A stretch of DNA of 64,000 nucleotides from Histomonas meleagridis 2922-C6/04-290x (Eukaryota > Protista > Parabasalia): positions 1 through 64,000 of the forward strand of contig JAANOX010000192.1 in the NCBI GenBank assembly GCA_020184695.1, read 5' to 3'. A model generated the notes under the pieces. It searched no databases and was not told the origin of the DNA. It worked only from the letters and a program-made list of their open reading frames with translations. Every line of letters starts with the position of its first letter. Positions within the stretch are counted from its first letter, which is position 1. Below, piece after piece: positions 51,867 to 63,239 of the stretch. Made by a program: the position numbers and the translations under genes.

Positions 51867-54174
51867 TTATCTTTTTCTTCTTGATTTATTATTACTAATG
51901 TACTTCGGGGATACTTGTCTTCTTATTAAACCAACTATTTCTCTATAACCATTTCTAGACGCAAACATAAGTGCTGTCCAAAATAATTTAAATAATTTCC
52001 AAATATTATTTTGAAATAAAAAATTATTAAAATAAATATCAAATAAAACAAATAAATAGTTTTAGCATTAATGTCAATTCCTTTTTGTTCAAGAAGGAAT
52101 TTAACTGTTTCTGTATGACCATTTCTAGATGCACAAATAAGTGCTGTATTAAATATTTTTTATCATTTCCAAATATTATATTTAAATCTTAAATTATTTA
52201 AATAAATATCAAATAAAACAAATAAATATCTTTAGCATTAATATCAATTCCTTCTTGTTCAAGAAGTATTTTAACTATTTCTATATGACCATTTTCAGAT
52301 GCAAAAATAAGTGATATTTGAAATAATTTAAATTATTTCCAAATATTATTTTGATATATCAAATTATTGAAATAAATATTAAATAAAACAAATAAATATT
52401 TTTAGCATTAATATCAATTCCTTCTTGTTCAAGAAGTAATTTAACGATTTCGATGTTACCAATTTCAGATGCAAAAATAAGTGCTGTTTTATTATATATT
52501 TTAAATAATTTCCAAATATTATTTTGAAATATAAAATTATTAAAATATATATTATATAAATCAAATAAATACTTTTAATATTTATATCAATTCCTTCTTG
52601 TTCAAGAAGTAGTTTAACTATTTCTATATGACCAATTAAAGATGCTCTAATAAGTGCTGTGTTAAATAATTGAAATAATTTCCAAATATTTTTTAAAAAT
52701 CCAAAATTATTAAAATAAATAATATCTTGAGCATTAATATCAATTCCTTCTTGTTCAAGAAGTAATTTAACTATTTCTGTATGTCCATTTTCAGATGCAA
52801 AAATAAGTGCTGTTTTAAATAATTTAAATTATTTTCAAATATTATTTTGAAAAATTGATATTAAATAAAACAAATAAATATCTTTAGTATTAATATCAAT
52901 TCCATCTTGCCCAAGAAGTAAATTAACTATTTCTATATTACCATTTTCAGATGCTTTCATAAGTTCCTTATTAAATGATTTAAATAATTTCCAAATATAA
53001 TTTTGAAATATCAAATTATTTTAATAAAACTCAAACAAATTCTTCAAACATTTTGTTTTAAGTCAATATATTTATGTTTTATAAGGTAATTAAACAGTTC
53101 TTTATTACCAGAAAAACTTGAAATCTCTGAAAAATTTATTTGTTTTGATATTTTATCTTGAAAATATTGGAAAACAAATAAATTCCCATTAATGATTGAT
53201 GCAATAAGAATCAATTGATCAGCTTGCATTCCTTCTTCTTCTAAAAATGAAAGAATATTATAATTGTCATACAAAACACATTTCTTCCCTAAAAATTGTA
53301 AATTATTATTAATATCCTTATGATTTTCATCCAAATAATAAAATATATCATTTTGATGTAATTCAATTGCTGCTTCATATGCACCTTTAAAAGATGAATG
53401 ATTTTGCTCACATAAATGAACTATTTCAATATTTCCACCTGCAACTGCATATTTACCTGTATTTAATACATTTGAATTATTCATAAGTAAATATTTAAAA
53501 CATTTAATTGATCCAAAAAATGCTGCATAATCAATTAATGTAACATTACTTTGGTTAATAAATGAACATCTTTCATAAAGTGATGGTTCAATTGTTTGAT
53601 TAAAATCAAAATTTGTTTGTGATGATATCTCTTGAAGTTTTTCTATTTCATCATTTCGTATTATTTTTGCAATTGTATTCGGATTAACTCCTTCTTTAAT
53701 TAATTGCTTATGGAGTTCAATATTATTCTCTTTAAGTTCTTCTGTTTGCTTGTTAATATTTTCTTTTTCTGGGAAATAATGCATAAAATATGAATTCTTT
53801 TTAGTTTGGATAATTTTTGGTTCAATTAATTCATCTTCAATCATTTTTTCTAGAAGATAATTTGATTCTTGACTATCAGTTGATAATAATATTTGTGTGA
53901 AGATGTTGATGATATTATAACTTGACTTTGCTTCAATTGTTTGTAAATACTTGAAACATAATTTTTCATAGCCACGTGATACAAAATATGAATAAATAAT
54001 TCGACAAATGATATGTAGAAAAGAATATTGAAATTCTAAACAAATGTAATTTAATGAAGATTCAACTAATTGATCAATATTATATTCATTTAAATCAAAT
54101 ATAATTTTTTCTAAATCTTGTAATATTTGAAGATTTCCTTTGTAAGTTGTTGTGTGACTTTGACTTCCCCCCAT
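51867..54174 (-). CDS. Second DUF3447-type ankyrin-repeat gene interrupted by seven inserts; may be intact or decaying
   Basis: The 376-aa ORF ends at TGA 53044-53046 and is followed by 7 ankyrin repeats and a terminal exon ending SRRKR*. Confidence 0.6.
51969..53130 (-). repeat. Ankyrin-plus-insert tandem array (unit lengths 170, 170, 170, 173, 153, 156, 167)
   Basis: TAL-equivalent blocks at 51969, 52139, 52309, 52479, 52652, 52805 and 52961. Confidence 0.95.
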
Positions 54175-55269
54175 ACGGAGAAAAACTTAGAAATTTGGAA
54201 TAATGTTTTAGGGTACCCCAAATTAACGGTGTTCAAATTGAATTGTGCACAATAACAAAAAGTTAATTCAATTCAAATTTCAGAATAAATTTTTTCATAA
54301 GTTTACATCAAATTTGCTCTGAAACGCCAACTTGAAGTGAGATAAGTTAGCTTATAATTTTTTCAATTTAAAATCAATTCGATGTCAATTATCATTTTTT
54401 TTTAAGTTTTGCCAAAAAATTACAAGGTAAATTAAATCGAAAATGCTTCTTTCCTAATTGATATAAAAATGAATTCTCAATTATGATGAATAAAACATTT
54501 TCTGATTTACGAATGTATCCAGGATTTTCTCGTTTTTTGATGATATACAATGCTAATTTGCTTCATAGCAAAAGTTCTTAAGAACATTAACCAAACTATA
54601 AAAAGATGAATGTGCATTATTGCTAATTGATGTGACTATATCAAAATATTTTCTGAATGTGTAGTCACAATAACACCTGAAGGAATTTTAATTTTGAACA
54701 ATTTCAAATGCATAATGAGCAATCATAAAATGATTTTGTCAGAATCATTCGAATTCAAATGAATGTCTATTGATAATATTTGTTACTTCAGAGACGAAAT
54801 CTCAGTGATTTCGTTACTTAATGTTTACTTATACAATAAAAATGAAAAAATAAAATCAATTTTTCTTTTTGCGTAAGAAAATATCTAATCAATTTAACTA
54901 TTGATTAAATAGTGATAACTGTATGAAATAAAGCATATTCACAACTATCAGCTTCCATTAAGATATCTGGATCATTTTATTATCAATCTTACATGTTCGA
55001 TTAAATACTAAAGAAGTTCTGTCGAATATAATTCATAATTACTTCATTCATGTCAATACATAACATCTCATAAAAACGTTAAACAAAGATATCATATCGA
55101 TAAAATTTTATTGCAGGAGTAAAAGGTCTTCGAAAATAATTTTTATAATCTTTAACACTATCCATAAAATCATCACAAAATAATTTGATTTCCTCAAGCA
55201 ATAGCAAAATTTCCCTGATATCCCGAAAATTCACCTTCTTTAGATATTGATTATAATCGAATAGATCCA

Positions 55270-55450
55270 AAAAATACTGTACAATTAATTAATGAAACAT
55301 TCCGTTGAATAATAAATCAATATATTTCATAAATTGATGGTTTAATTGTTTGATTACATTTAAAATTAGTTTGTGCTAATATTTTAATTTCGAATTATAA
55401 TTGCGCTTTCATTTGGATTAACTCTTTCGTTAATTATTTTCTTATGAAGT
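55270..55450 (-). pseudogene. Fragment of a DUF3447-type N-terminal domain
   Basis: LAQTNFKCNQTIKPSIYEIY*FIIQRNVSLI aligns with SQTNFDFNQTIEPSLYERCSFINQSNVTLI of the neighbouring gene. Confidence 0.7.
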
Positions 55451-55851
55451 TCAAAATTTGCTCAGATCCTAATGGTGATGTATGTTTTTCTATAAAGTCA
55501 ATAGAGCTATAATTTAGTGATTTTGTTTTCTGTCATAAGATAAACACACGAATCATTTTATATTACTCACAATCAAAATTGAAATTCGGTAAAAAAAATT
55601 ATCTGTAAATTTAAAAACGCGTAATAAAGATTATAGAAAGTCTTAAAGAAATTACAATTTCATATGAACAATATAAAATCTTATTGAAAGTTGGTATCAA
55701 CCTAAAACGGCTTTTCATCATTCACAACTCTTTGAAGATTTTATTTATAACAGATAAACCTTCTGATCAAATCTAAAATTTAAACAGTTATTTTTTAACA
55801 ATTTTGTCTCAAAATATTGAATACATTTGAGCGCGATCTCAAGCATAAAAC

Positions 55852-58800
55852 ATGAAAAGATTTTGCCGTCTTTCGATGCCTCTTGATTCAATTAAGAATA
55901 TATCTTCTATATATTTTCAAGATGATTTTTGTTTTAGTTTTGGAGACAAAAAAGTATACTGTAATAAATTTATTGCTGATTTGATTTCACCAGAAGTTGA
56001 AAGCATTCATCGTTCTGATCAAACAGTCAATAACTTCGAAGTTGACTATGAAGGTAGTGATGGTGATATGCAACTTCTTTTATCAATGTTCACTAAAAAT
56101 CATGCTGATATTCCCTCAGACAAAGTAAATGACATATTTGATCTTTGTCTTGCATTAGGGAATGCAACACTGGCGAGGCAATTACGTGGATTTATGAAAG
56201 ATAATACAAAAGAAAACGAAGTATCAAAATCAGATTTATTTATTATAACAGTTCAAACATTATTAGAGCGGACATTTAAATTTGAAGTTTCACCAACTGA
56301 CACCGTTCGTACCTTAAAAGAAAAGCTTCATGAACGGGAAGGATTTCCAATTGATTCCCAACGACTTTTATTTAAAGGCCGCGAAATCGATAACTGTTAT
56401 ACATTTGACGAATGCCAAATCAAAGCGAATTCGTTGGTCAACTTATTTTTCCGTAATTCATCACCAACCCATTCGAATGGGCAAATTCAAATATCCATAA
56501 AATCATTAAAAGGACAAATCATAAAGATGAAAGTTATAATGGATGATACAGTTAGTAAATTAAAAGAACAAATTTCATCGATAGATGGAGTACCGATTGA
56601 AAACCAAAAACTTTTTTATCGTGACACTGAATTAGATAACACTAAAACCTTAAAATTCTATAGAATCAGACGAAATGCGGAAGTTCAATTTCAATTTTCA
56701 TATAATGGAACTCCGAAACAAATAATATTTACTAATCCATTTGATATAAACATAAATTCAACATATGATAACAAAACAAATACATATAAAATGAATGTTA
56801 AATCTAATGATACGATTCAACACTTAAAACAACAAATATGTAAAACAACAAATATTTCGACTGAACTACAAGAACTTATATTTTATGAATTTCATTTAGA
56901 TGACACTAAAATAATCGGTGACTATGGTATTGAACCTGAGTCAACGATTATTTTAAACAAAGCAAAAGGAATTAAAGTTATAGTTGTATTTTTATCTGGA
57001 AAAAATGAATATGAAGTTACATTAAGAGATAAAGTCCGAAGTTTAAAGGAAAAAGTATCTAAGAAAACACAAATTCCAATCGAAAAACTTCGCCTTATTT
57101 ATAATGGGGATATAATGATTGATGGAGAAGCATTAAAATTTTATCAAATTCAAAATGGTTCAATTATTCAAGCGTCACAAAAAGTTGATAAATCATTAAA
57201 TAAAGACATTATTAAAATAAAAATTAAAACATCAGATGATGAACATTATGATTTAGAAGTATCAAAAAATGATACAATACAAAGTTTAAAGGAAAAAATT
57301 AATAAAATAGCAAAAATTCCATTTGAATTTCAACGACTTCTTTATAAGCAATGTCAATTAGAAGATAAAAACAAAATAAATGATTATGATATTTCACCTA
57401 ATTCTGTTGTTATTGTATATAATGATAATAAACAACAAGTTACATTAACAAATGGAAAACCATTTATAATCGAAATTAAAACTATCGAAGGAGAAGTTTA
57501 TGAATTTGAAGTTACAGCAAATGATACAATACAAAGTTTAAAAGAACAAATAAAACAAAAAACAGATTTTCCAATTGAAGCACAACGTCTTATATATGAT
57601 GAAAAAGAATTAGAAGATTCAGATAGACTTAAAGATTATTATATACTATCGTATTCAACAATTTATCTATTAATTCCACTTGAAATGATGAAAATGAAAA
57701 CATTTAAAATAAATGTTAAAACGTTAACTCCTTCTTCAATTAAAGAAACATATGAATTTGAAGTTACATTTGATGAAACAATACAAAGTCTTAAAGAAAA
57801 AATATGCCAAAGAACAGAAATTTCAATAGAAAGACAACGACTAATTTATATATTAAAAGAATTAGAAAATTCACATACACTTATTGATTATCATATTTTC
57901 CCTAATTCTGAATTAATATTAGACGTATTAAAGATAAATAATAATTATAATCCAACCGAAAAACAAGATAAACCAATTCATTTGTATCTTAAAACACTTC
58001 AAGGAAGTTTTTATGAAAAGACTGTTCAACCAAATGATACAATACAAAGCTTGAAAATTAAAATGAATCAAACAAACAAATATTTCATTAATAATGGAAT
58101 AGCTATGAATAATACAGATACATTTAAAGATTATCATTTAAGTGATATGATATTTATATTAGATGATCCAAATGAAGATATCCCAATTAAAATAGATTAT
58201 GCACACAAGAAGAAATTTGTGATTAACGTTAAAATCGTAGATACAGTTTTAAATTTAAAGCAAAAAATTTCACAAATTGAACATATTCCTGTTGAACAAC
58301 AATGTTTATTCATGAATGATTTAATTTTGAAAGATTCTCGATTTCTTTGCAATTTTATTCAAGCTGAAACAGAAATATTTTTAATTCAACAAAAAGAATA
58401 TTTATTATTATCACATTCAACAAATACAAATTCATTTCCTATATATATAAAAACATTATGTGGATGTATTTTACCATTTGAAGTATCATCAAATGATACT
58501 GTCGAAGACTTAAAACAAAAAATTTCTTTATGTACTTCAATTCCATCTGATCAAATGCGAGTTATTTATGCAGGTAAATCTTTAGGAGATTATGAAACTT
58601 TTGGTGATTGTAATGTTACAAATGGCTCATTAATTCATTTTGTGACAAGACTTAGAGGTGGTAAACCAGTAATTTATATATATCCTAAAGAGAAAATGGA
58701 TGTAAATGTTAAAGTTAACATCAAAGGTGACTTTACTTGTACATATCCAAAGTATAATAATGAAACAGGTTGGAATGTGAACGTGAATGAAAATGGTATT

Positions 58801-59238
58801 ATGACTAACAAAGATAATCCAAACTCTATCGAATATGATAGTTTGTTCTGGGAATGTTTGTTTGATGATAATGAATTTAAGTTTGATGAAGGTTTTGTTG
58901 TGTCAAAAGATGACGCGGAAATGTTTTTGGAAGAGAAGTTATATTATTTGGGACTGAGGGGTAAAGAATTAATTAGTTTCATTCAGTTTTGGCTGCCGCA
59001 AATACAAAGAAGTGATTACACAATGGTTAAGTTCTTAAGTGAAGAATATGAAAACGTGGCACAACTCGAAGTGACGCCGAAGCCGGACTGCGTAATTAGA
59101 GTGTTCATGATAATGAAAAACTTAAGGAATAATAATAAAGTAGTGGAATTACCGGTGCAGAACTTGGAGAAGTTACATAAAGAACGTAATGGATATTCAG
59201 TGATCGAATGGGGCGGCTCAATACTGTACGATGTTTAG
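55852..59238 (+). CDS. BTB-like N-domain, ten divergent ubiquitin-like domains and a C-terminal KPVIY-type domain
   Basis: Ten UBL units with DTI/VxxLKxKI and QRLIY motifs. The last ends TRLRGG and is followed directly by KPVIYIYP...FLEEKL...FIQFWLP...PKPDCVIRVFM...EWGG. Confidence 0.88.
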   Translation: MKRFCRLSMPLDSIKNISSIYFQDDFCFSFGDKKVYCNKFIADLISPEVESIHRSDQTVNNFEVDYEGSDGDMQLLLSMFTKNHADIPSDKVNDIFDLCLALGNATLARQLRGFMKDNTKENEVSKSDLFIITVQTLLERTFKFEVSPTDTVRTLKEKLHEREGFPIDSQRLLFKGREIDNCYTFDECQIKANSLVNLFFRNSSPTHSNGQIQISIKSLKGQIIKMKVIMDDTVSKLKEQISSIDGVPIENQKLFYRDTELDNTKTLKFYRIRRNAEVQFQFSYNGTPKQIIFTNPFDININSTYDNKTNTYKMNVKSNDTIQHLKQQICKTTNISTELQELIFYEFHLDDTKIIGDYGIEPESTIILNKAKGIKVIVVFLSGKNEYEVTLRDKVRSLKEKVSKKTQIPIEKLRLIYNGDIMIDGEALKFYQIQNGSIIQASQKVDKSLNKDIIKIKIKTSDDEHYDLEVSKNDTIQSLKEKINKIAKIPFEFQRLLYKQCQLEDKNKINDYDISPNSVVIVYNDNKQQVTLTNGKPFIIEIKTIEGEVYEFEVTANDTIQSLKEQIKQKTDFPIEAQRLIYDEKELEDSDRLKDYYILSYSTIYLLIPLEMMKMKTFKINVKTLTPSSIKETYEFEVTFDETIQSLKEKICQRTEISIERQRLIYILKELENSHTLIDYHIFPNSELILDVLKINNNYNPTEKQDKPIHLYLKTLQGSFYEKTVQPNDTIQSLKIKMNQTNKYFINNGIAMNNTDTFKDYHLSDMIFILDDPNEDIPIKIDYAHKKKFVINVKIVDTVLNLKQKISQIEHIPVEQQCLFMNDLILKDSRFLCNFIQAETEIFLIQQKEYLLLSHSTNTNSFPIYIKTLCGCILPFEVSSNDTVEDLKQKISLCTSIPSDQMRVIYAGKSLGDYETFGDCNVTNGSLIHFVTRLRGGKPVIYIYPKEKMDVNVKVNIKGDFTCTYPKYNNETGWNVNVNENGIMTNKDNPNSIEYDSLFWECLFDDNEFKFDEGFVVSKDDAEMFLEEKLYYLGLRGKELISFIQFWLPQIQRSDYTMVKFLSEEYENVAQLEVTPKPDCVIRVFMIMKNLRNNNKVVELPVQNLEKLHKERNGYSVIEWGGSILYDV

Positions 59239-59644
59239 ATCAGGTTTCTTTCTGTTCTCTCCGATTTGTAAAAAGAGAATTTAACGGATTTAGTGGCATT
59301 TGAGTTGATTTTGATCGTATTTTTTTCTTCTTGTAAATTTAAATATGACAAATTTGTCACTTCATTTGATATCAAAAATAACCGTAATAATAGGTTATTG
59401 AATGGTTGTAAAATAACATTTTGAAAGGCACAAACCGTCGTCATAAAATGAGTATTTTTGAACCAAAATATCCGAATTTATTACAGGATGGTGAGTACCT
59501 TATGTGTAATTTGGAGGGGTTCAACTGGAGAGGCTGAAGGCCTTCTACCACAACTCCTCTATTATTTTCGCACAGAAGACGGCTCATTGCAATGATTAAA
59601 TTGGAGCATATCGTAGCGGTTTTTTGAATGCTTCTCAACCCAAA

Positions 59645-61228
59645 ATGATTGATGTTTATGTTTCTTCAGCATGTAACCTTCCAAGCGCTGATTCAAATGG
59701 ATTCTCTGATCCGTACGTAGAGCTGTGGTCAGATGAAACTTGGGCTTCCCAGTACCTTGGAAAAATGTATTACGGTAAAAATAAATATCAAAGCAAGACC
59801 TTAGATCCTGTTTGGGATGCAGAATTTTCCAAACCCTTTCAAATCCCCTTTGTTTTATCCAGCTATTTAGGATTTAAAATTTATGATCATGATACATTTA
59901 CATTTGATGATTATCTTGGTTATGCCAAAATTAAACTTACACCCGAATCCTGCAATAAAGTTCTCACTTTACCAGTAGAAACTTCTCACGCTACTAAAGG
60001 CCCACCATCACTTACCATCAAATATTGTCCTCCAACCACTAACTTCCCTACAGATCCAAATTACAAGAAATACCAAAACATTTATTCATATATTACGTAC
60101 ACGCCAACAGATCCAAGTTATTCTTCTATTTTTCTTGATGCATATATTATCGAATTTTCAACCTCTCTTTTATGTTATCCACTTACATTTCATCTTAGCT
60201 TCTATAAGACGTCCAAGCTTGCCCATGAACCACATCTTGGTCCAAGTGGTTTAACCGATGTCTTTCGATTTAATATCAAGAAATTCGACATATGTGTTTA
60301 CAGTGACAAATGTCTTATATTTTTTGTTGTTACCGCCAAAGATTATTCAGGCGAAGTTACACTTAATTATCTCGGCGCTCCAAAAGAGCATCGAAATTTT
60401 CATGGAAACAAGAAACTCAAAAATCCGGAGAAATATAAAATCATAAACACATCTACAATTCATGTAAATGCAAATGAGCTCCAAGTTTTCCCACTCGCTT
60501 TAGGTTATACCAAAAAGAATTTAACATTTGAAGAAATCCAATTTCAGCCAGCACAAACTATTCAACAACTTCTTTCTCAAGTTTGTTCATATTATTCATC
60601 GAATAAAAGATGTTCATTACGATTAGAAATGACGCCCAATATTCCAATCACATTATCAACCGCATGTCGAATGCATCAAATCGAAATGCCGAAAAGGATT
60701 TGCATCAGTACATCGCCGTGGGCATCCACTGCCTGTTACTGTAAAGTATATACATATAAACAAAGTGAATGCAAATTTGTCGCAATCGAAAAATTTTGGG
60801 CACGACATACGAAAAATGAAAACGAATCAATTGTATTAGCAGGAAGTTATAAGGAAAGATCAAGAAAACTTTTGATTGATTTGGAAAGATTACCAAACGA
60901 AGCGCAGCTGATTCCGATATATGCAACATCGTTTTCAACGATTGATGATGACGGAAATATAACTATATACGAGTTGGCAAACATTCGCGGCGTGTCGATA
61001 AGAATATTGGACGAAAAAGATGGATACGAATTGTTGGATTGTATACCGCCGAAAAAAACTTCGGTCTTGATATTGGCCGTGCTAATGAGAAACAAGTTCG
61101 GAATGTGGAACTTGTACAGCTGTATGAAGCCCGCTTTTTTGGACCCCGATTTCTGTGACGGCTTTATCGATGAATTCGTAAATGACCAGAAACTGATTTC
61201 TTGTTTAATGGAAATGGATGAAATATAA
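59645..61228 (+). CDS. C2-domain protein
   Basis: NLPSADSNGFSDPYV, KTLDPVWD and KIYDHDTFTFDDYLG. First ATG at 59645. Confidence 0.85.
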   Translation: MIDVYVSSACNLPSADSNGFSDPYVELWSDETWASQYLGKMYYGKNKYQSKTLDPVWDAEFSKPFQIPFVLSSYLGFKIYDHDTFTFDDYLGYAKIKLTPESCNKVLTLPVETSHATKGPPSLTIKYCPPTTNFPTDPNYKKYQNIYSYITYTPTDPSYSSIFLDAYIIEFSTSLLCYPLTFHLSFYKTSKLAHEPHLGPSGLTDVFRFNIKKFDICVYSDKCLIFFVVTAKDYSGEVTLNYLGAPKEHRNFHGNKKLKNPEKYKIINTSTIHVNANELQVFPLALGYTKKNLTFEEIQFQPAQTIQQLLSQVCSYYSSNKRCSLRLEMTPNIPITLSTACRMHQIEMPKRICISTSPWASTACYCKVYTYKQSECKFVAIEKFWARHTKNENESIVLAGSYKERSRKLLIDLERLPNEAQLIPIYATSFSTIDDDGNITIYELANIRGVSIRILDEKDGYELLDCIPPKKTSVLILAVLMRNKFGMWNLYSCMKPAFLDPDFCDGFIDEFVNDQKLISCLMEMDEI

Positions 61229-61679
61229 ATAAAAAAATTGTCACTTTTGATCAAAAGTGATATTAAATTTGGGATTACTAAATGAGATAAATTTTGTTTT
61301 GCTTGTGTGTGTTTTATTTTTTTGGAAATGAATCCTTTTTGAGTCTAATAGTTCAAATAAATCTTTTATTAATGCTTGTTAAAATATTAGACACACTTAA
61401 TATTGAAAGCAGCATCATGATTTGGAAACAGCTAGAAATTAATAACTTTGGTGGTAAACAATATTCTTTACATGAAATAGAAATATGTTAAATCATTATG
61501 TAAGACATAATAATGTGAATCTAGTAGACCTACAAATCGTTTAAAGATAATTATTAATGGATTGATTAAGGCGCGGCGGTTAACCGTTTTCATTCAAAAT
61601 TTTCTGGCAAACGATGATTGAATGAAGTGATTTGAATAGCATTCAATTGATAACCGCTTATTGCACCCTGTTCACAAAA

Positions 61680-62795
61680 ATGTTTTTTTGGAGAAGTTCA
61701 AACATACCTTATACAGAACCTATTGAGAAACTTTCACTCAACATGCTCAATCTTTTAAGTAATGACTCAGAAAATACTGTAGTCTCTCCTTATTCTGCAT
61801 TTGCAACTTTGATAATGGTTTCATCCATTTTCTCGGAACCTACTCGTAAGCAAATTCTTCACTCGCTTAATATGTCGGAAAGACATAGTGTTAATAATTT
61901 ACTTACATCTCTTAAAAATTTGATGGAAACAATTGAACAAAAATCATCAGGAAGTATTGTAGAAGGTGCTAACTCGCTTTGGCCCAACAAAAAACAAGAT
62001 GTTGACATGAAAGTTTATGAACCATTGGTCAAATTTCTTAAAATCAATGTGACACCAGTTGAATTCCCACAACCTGGTTGTGACATCATCAATAGTTACG
62101 TTGCCAATCATACGCATGATCTTATCCAAAATATCATTACCACTGAAAATGTACCCGAATCTACCGAAAATGTAATTGTTAATGCAATTTACTTTAATGC
62201 CAAATGGAAACAACCATTCGATGATAAAAGTACTAGTGATGAACAATTCACTCTTTTTGACGGTTCTAATGTCACCACGAAATTAATGTACAAAAGAGAC
62301 AAATTTGAATATGGAGAAGATTCGGAAGCGAAAGTGTTATCCATACCTTATGTCAATGACTTTTCGATGGTTGTTATTCTTCCAAATAATAATAACATTG
62401 ATTCTTTCCGTGCATTAAAGCAATCTCTTCTTAACGGTAAATATCAGGAATACATTAAATTGTTGGAAACACAAAATGTTACTGTTAAGTTCCCAAAGTT
62501 TGAACACAGATGGGGAACTCAATCATTACGTAATATGTTGGAGCAAATTGGAATTAGAAATATCTTCGACTCAAAGCTTGAAGAGAAATACGTCGATGAT
62601 GTATTGCAACAAGTCGTAATTATTGTTGATGAAGAAAAAACTGAAGCTGCTGCTGTGACTGTCACTACTTTGAAACCAGCAACGTACTTAATCCCTATGA
62701 ACCCAAAGACTTTCTATTGCGATCATCCATTCTTCTATTTCTTAAGGCATAAGGATGGCACAATCTTATTCGCTGGTGAATATGTTCACCCATAA
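61680..62795 (+). CDS. Serpin
   Basis: VVSPYS, NAIYFNAKWKQPF, PKF, DEEKTEAAAVT hinge and FYCDHPFFYFL. First ATG at 61680. Confidence 0.95.
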   Translation: MFFWRSSNIPYTEPIEKLSLNMLNLLSNDSENTVVSPYSAFATLIMVSSIFSEPTRKQILHSLNMSERHSVNNLLTSLKNLMETIEQKSSGSIVEGANSLWPNKKQDVDMKVYEPLVKFLKINVTPVEFPQPGCDIINSYVANHTHDLIQNIITTENVPESTENVIVNAIYFNAKWKQPFDDKSTSDEQFTLFDGSNVTTKLMYKRDKFEYGEDSEAKVLSIPYVNDFSMVVILPNNNNIDSFRALKQSLLNGKYQEYIKLLETQNVTVKFPKFEHRWGTQSLRNMLEQIGIRNIFDSKLEEKYVDDVLQQVVIIVDEEKTEAAAVTVTTLKPATYLIPMNPKTFYCDHPFFYFLRHKDGTILFAGEYVHP

Positions 62796-63239
62796 ATAAA
62801 AAGATAATGAACATTAAAATACGATCGTTTTTCTTTAAATTCCATTATAACAATTAACTTTATAATTATATATTATAGGTTTTACATTAGACGGAAGTCC
62901 TTTTTGTTTCACTCTGTATCAACAGCCACTAATTACTTTAACATTTTTCTAAAGTTAAAATACAACATTTTTCATTCTTCTTCTAAATATAACAGCTCAA
63001 AATTATATATGGAATGTTTTGTATGACTTGTTCCTCATTTGCATCACCAACTAAATTAAACCCAATTTGCAAAAAGAATCAAATGTTCGCCAACAGATAA
63101 TTTCGCGATGTTTTATACTGTTTCAAATTCTATTAACGATAATCGATTTTCAGAACAATAATACTCTGAATTCCCTATCGGCGTTCACTGATTTTTGATG
63201 TTATAAAATATATTTTTTACTAAACAATATAAAATGGCA

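Noticed and set aside
61241-61260. Perfect 20-bp palindrome TCACTTTTGATCAAAAGTGA (also 18-bp palindromes at 15081-15098 and 16742-16759)
   Set aside because: At roughly 72% AT, about 1 palindrome of 18 bp or more and about 0.3 of 20 bp or more are expected per 64 kb, so these are not clearly beyond chance.
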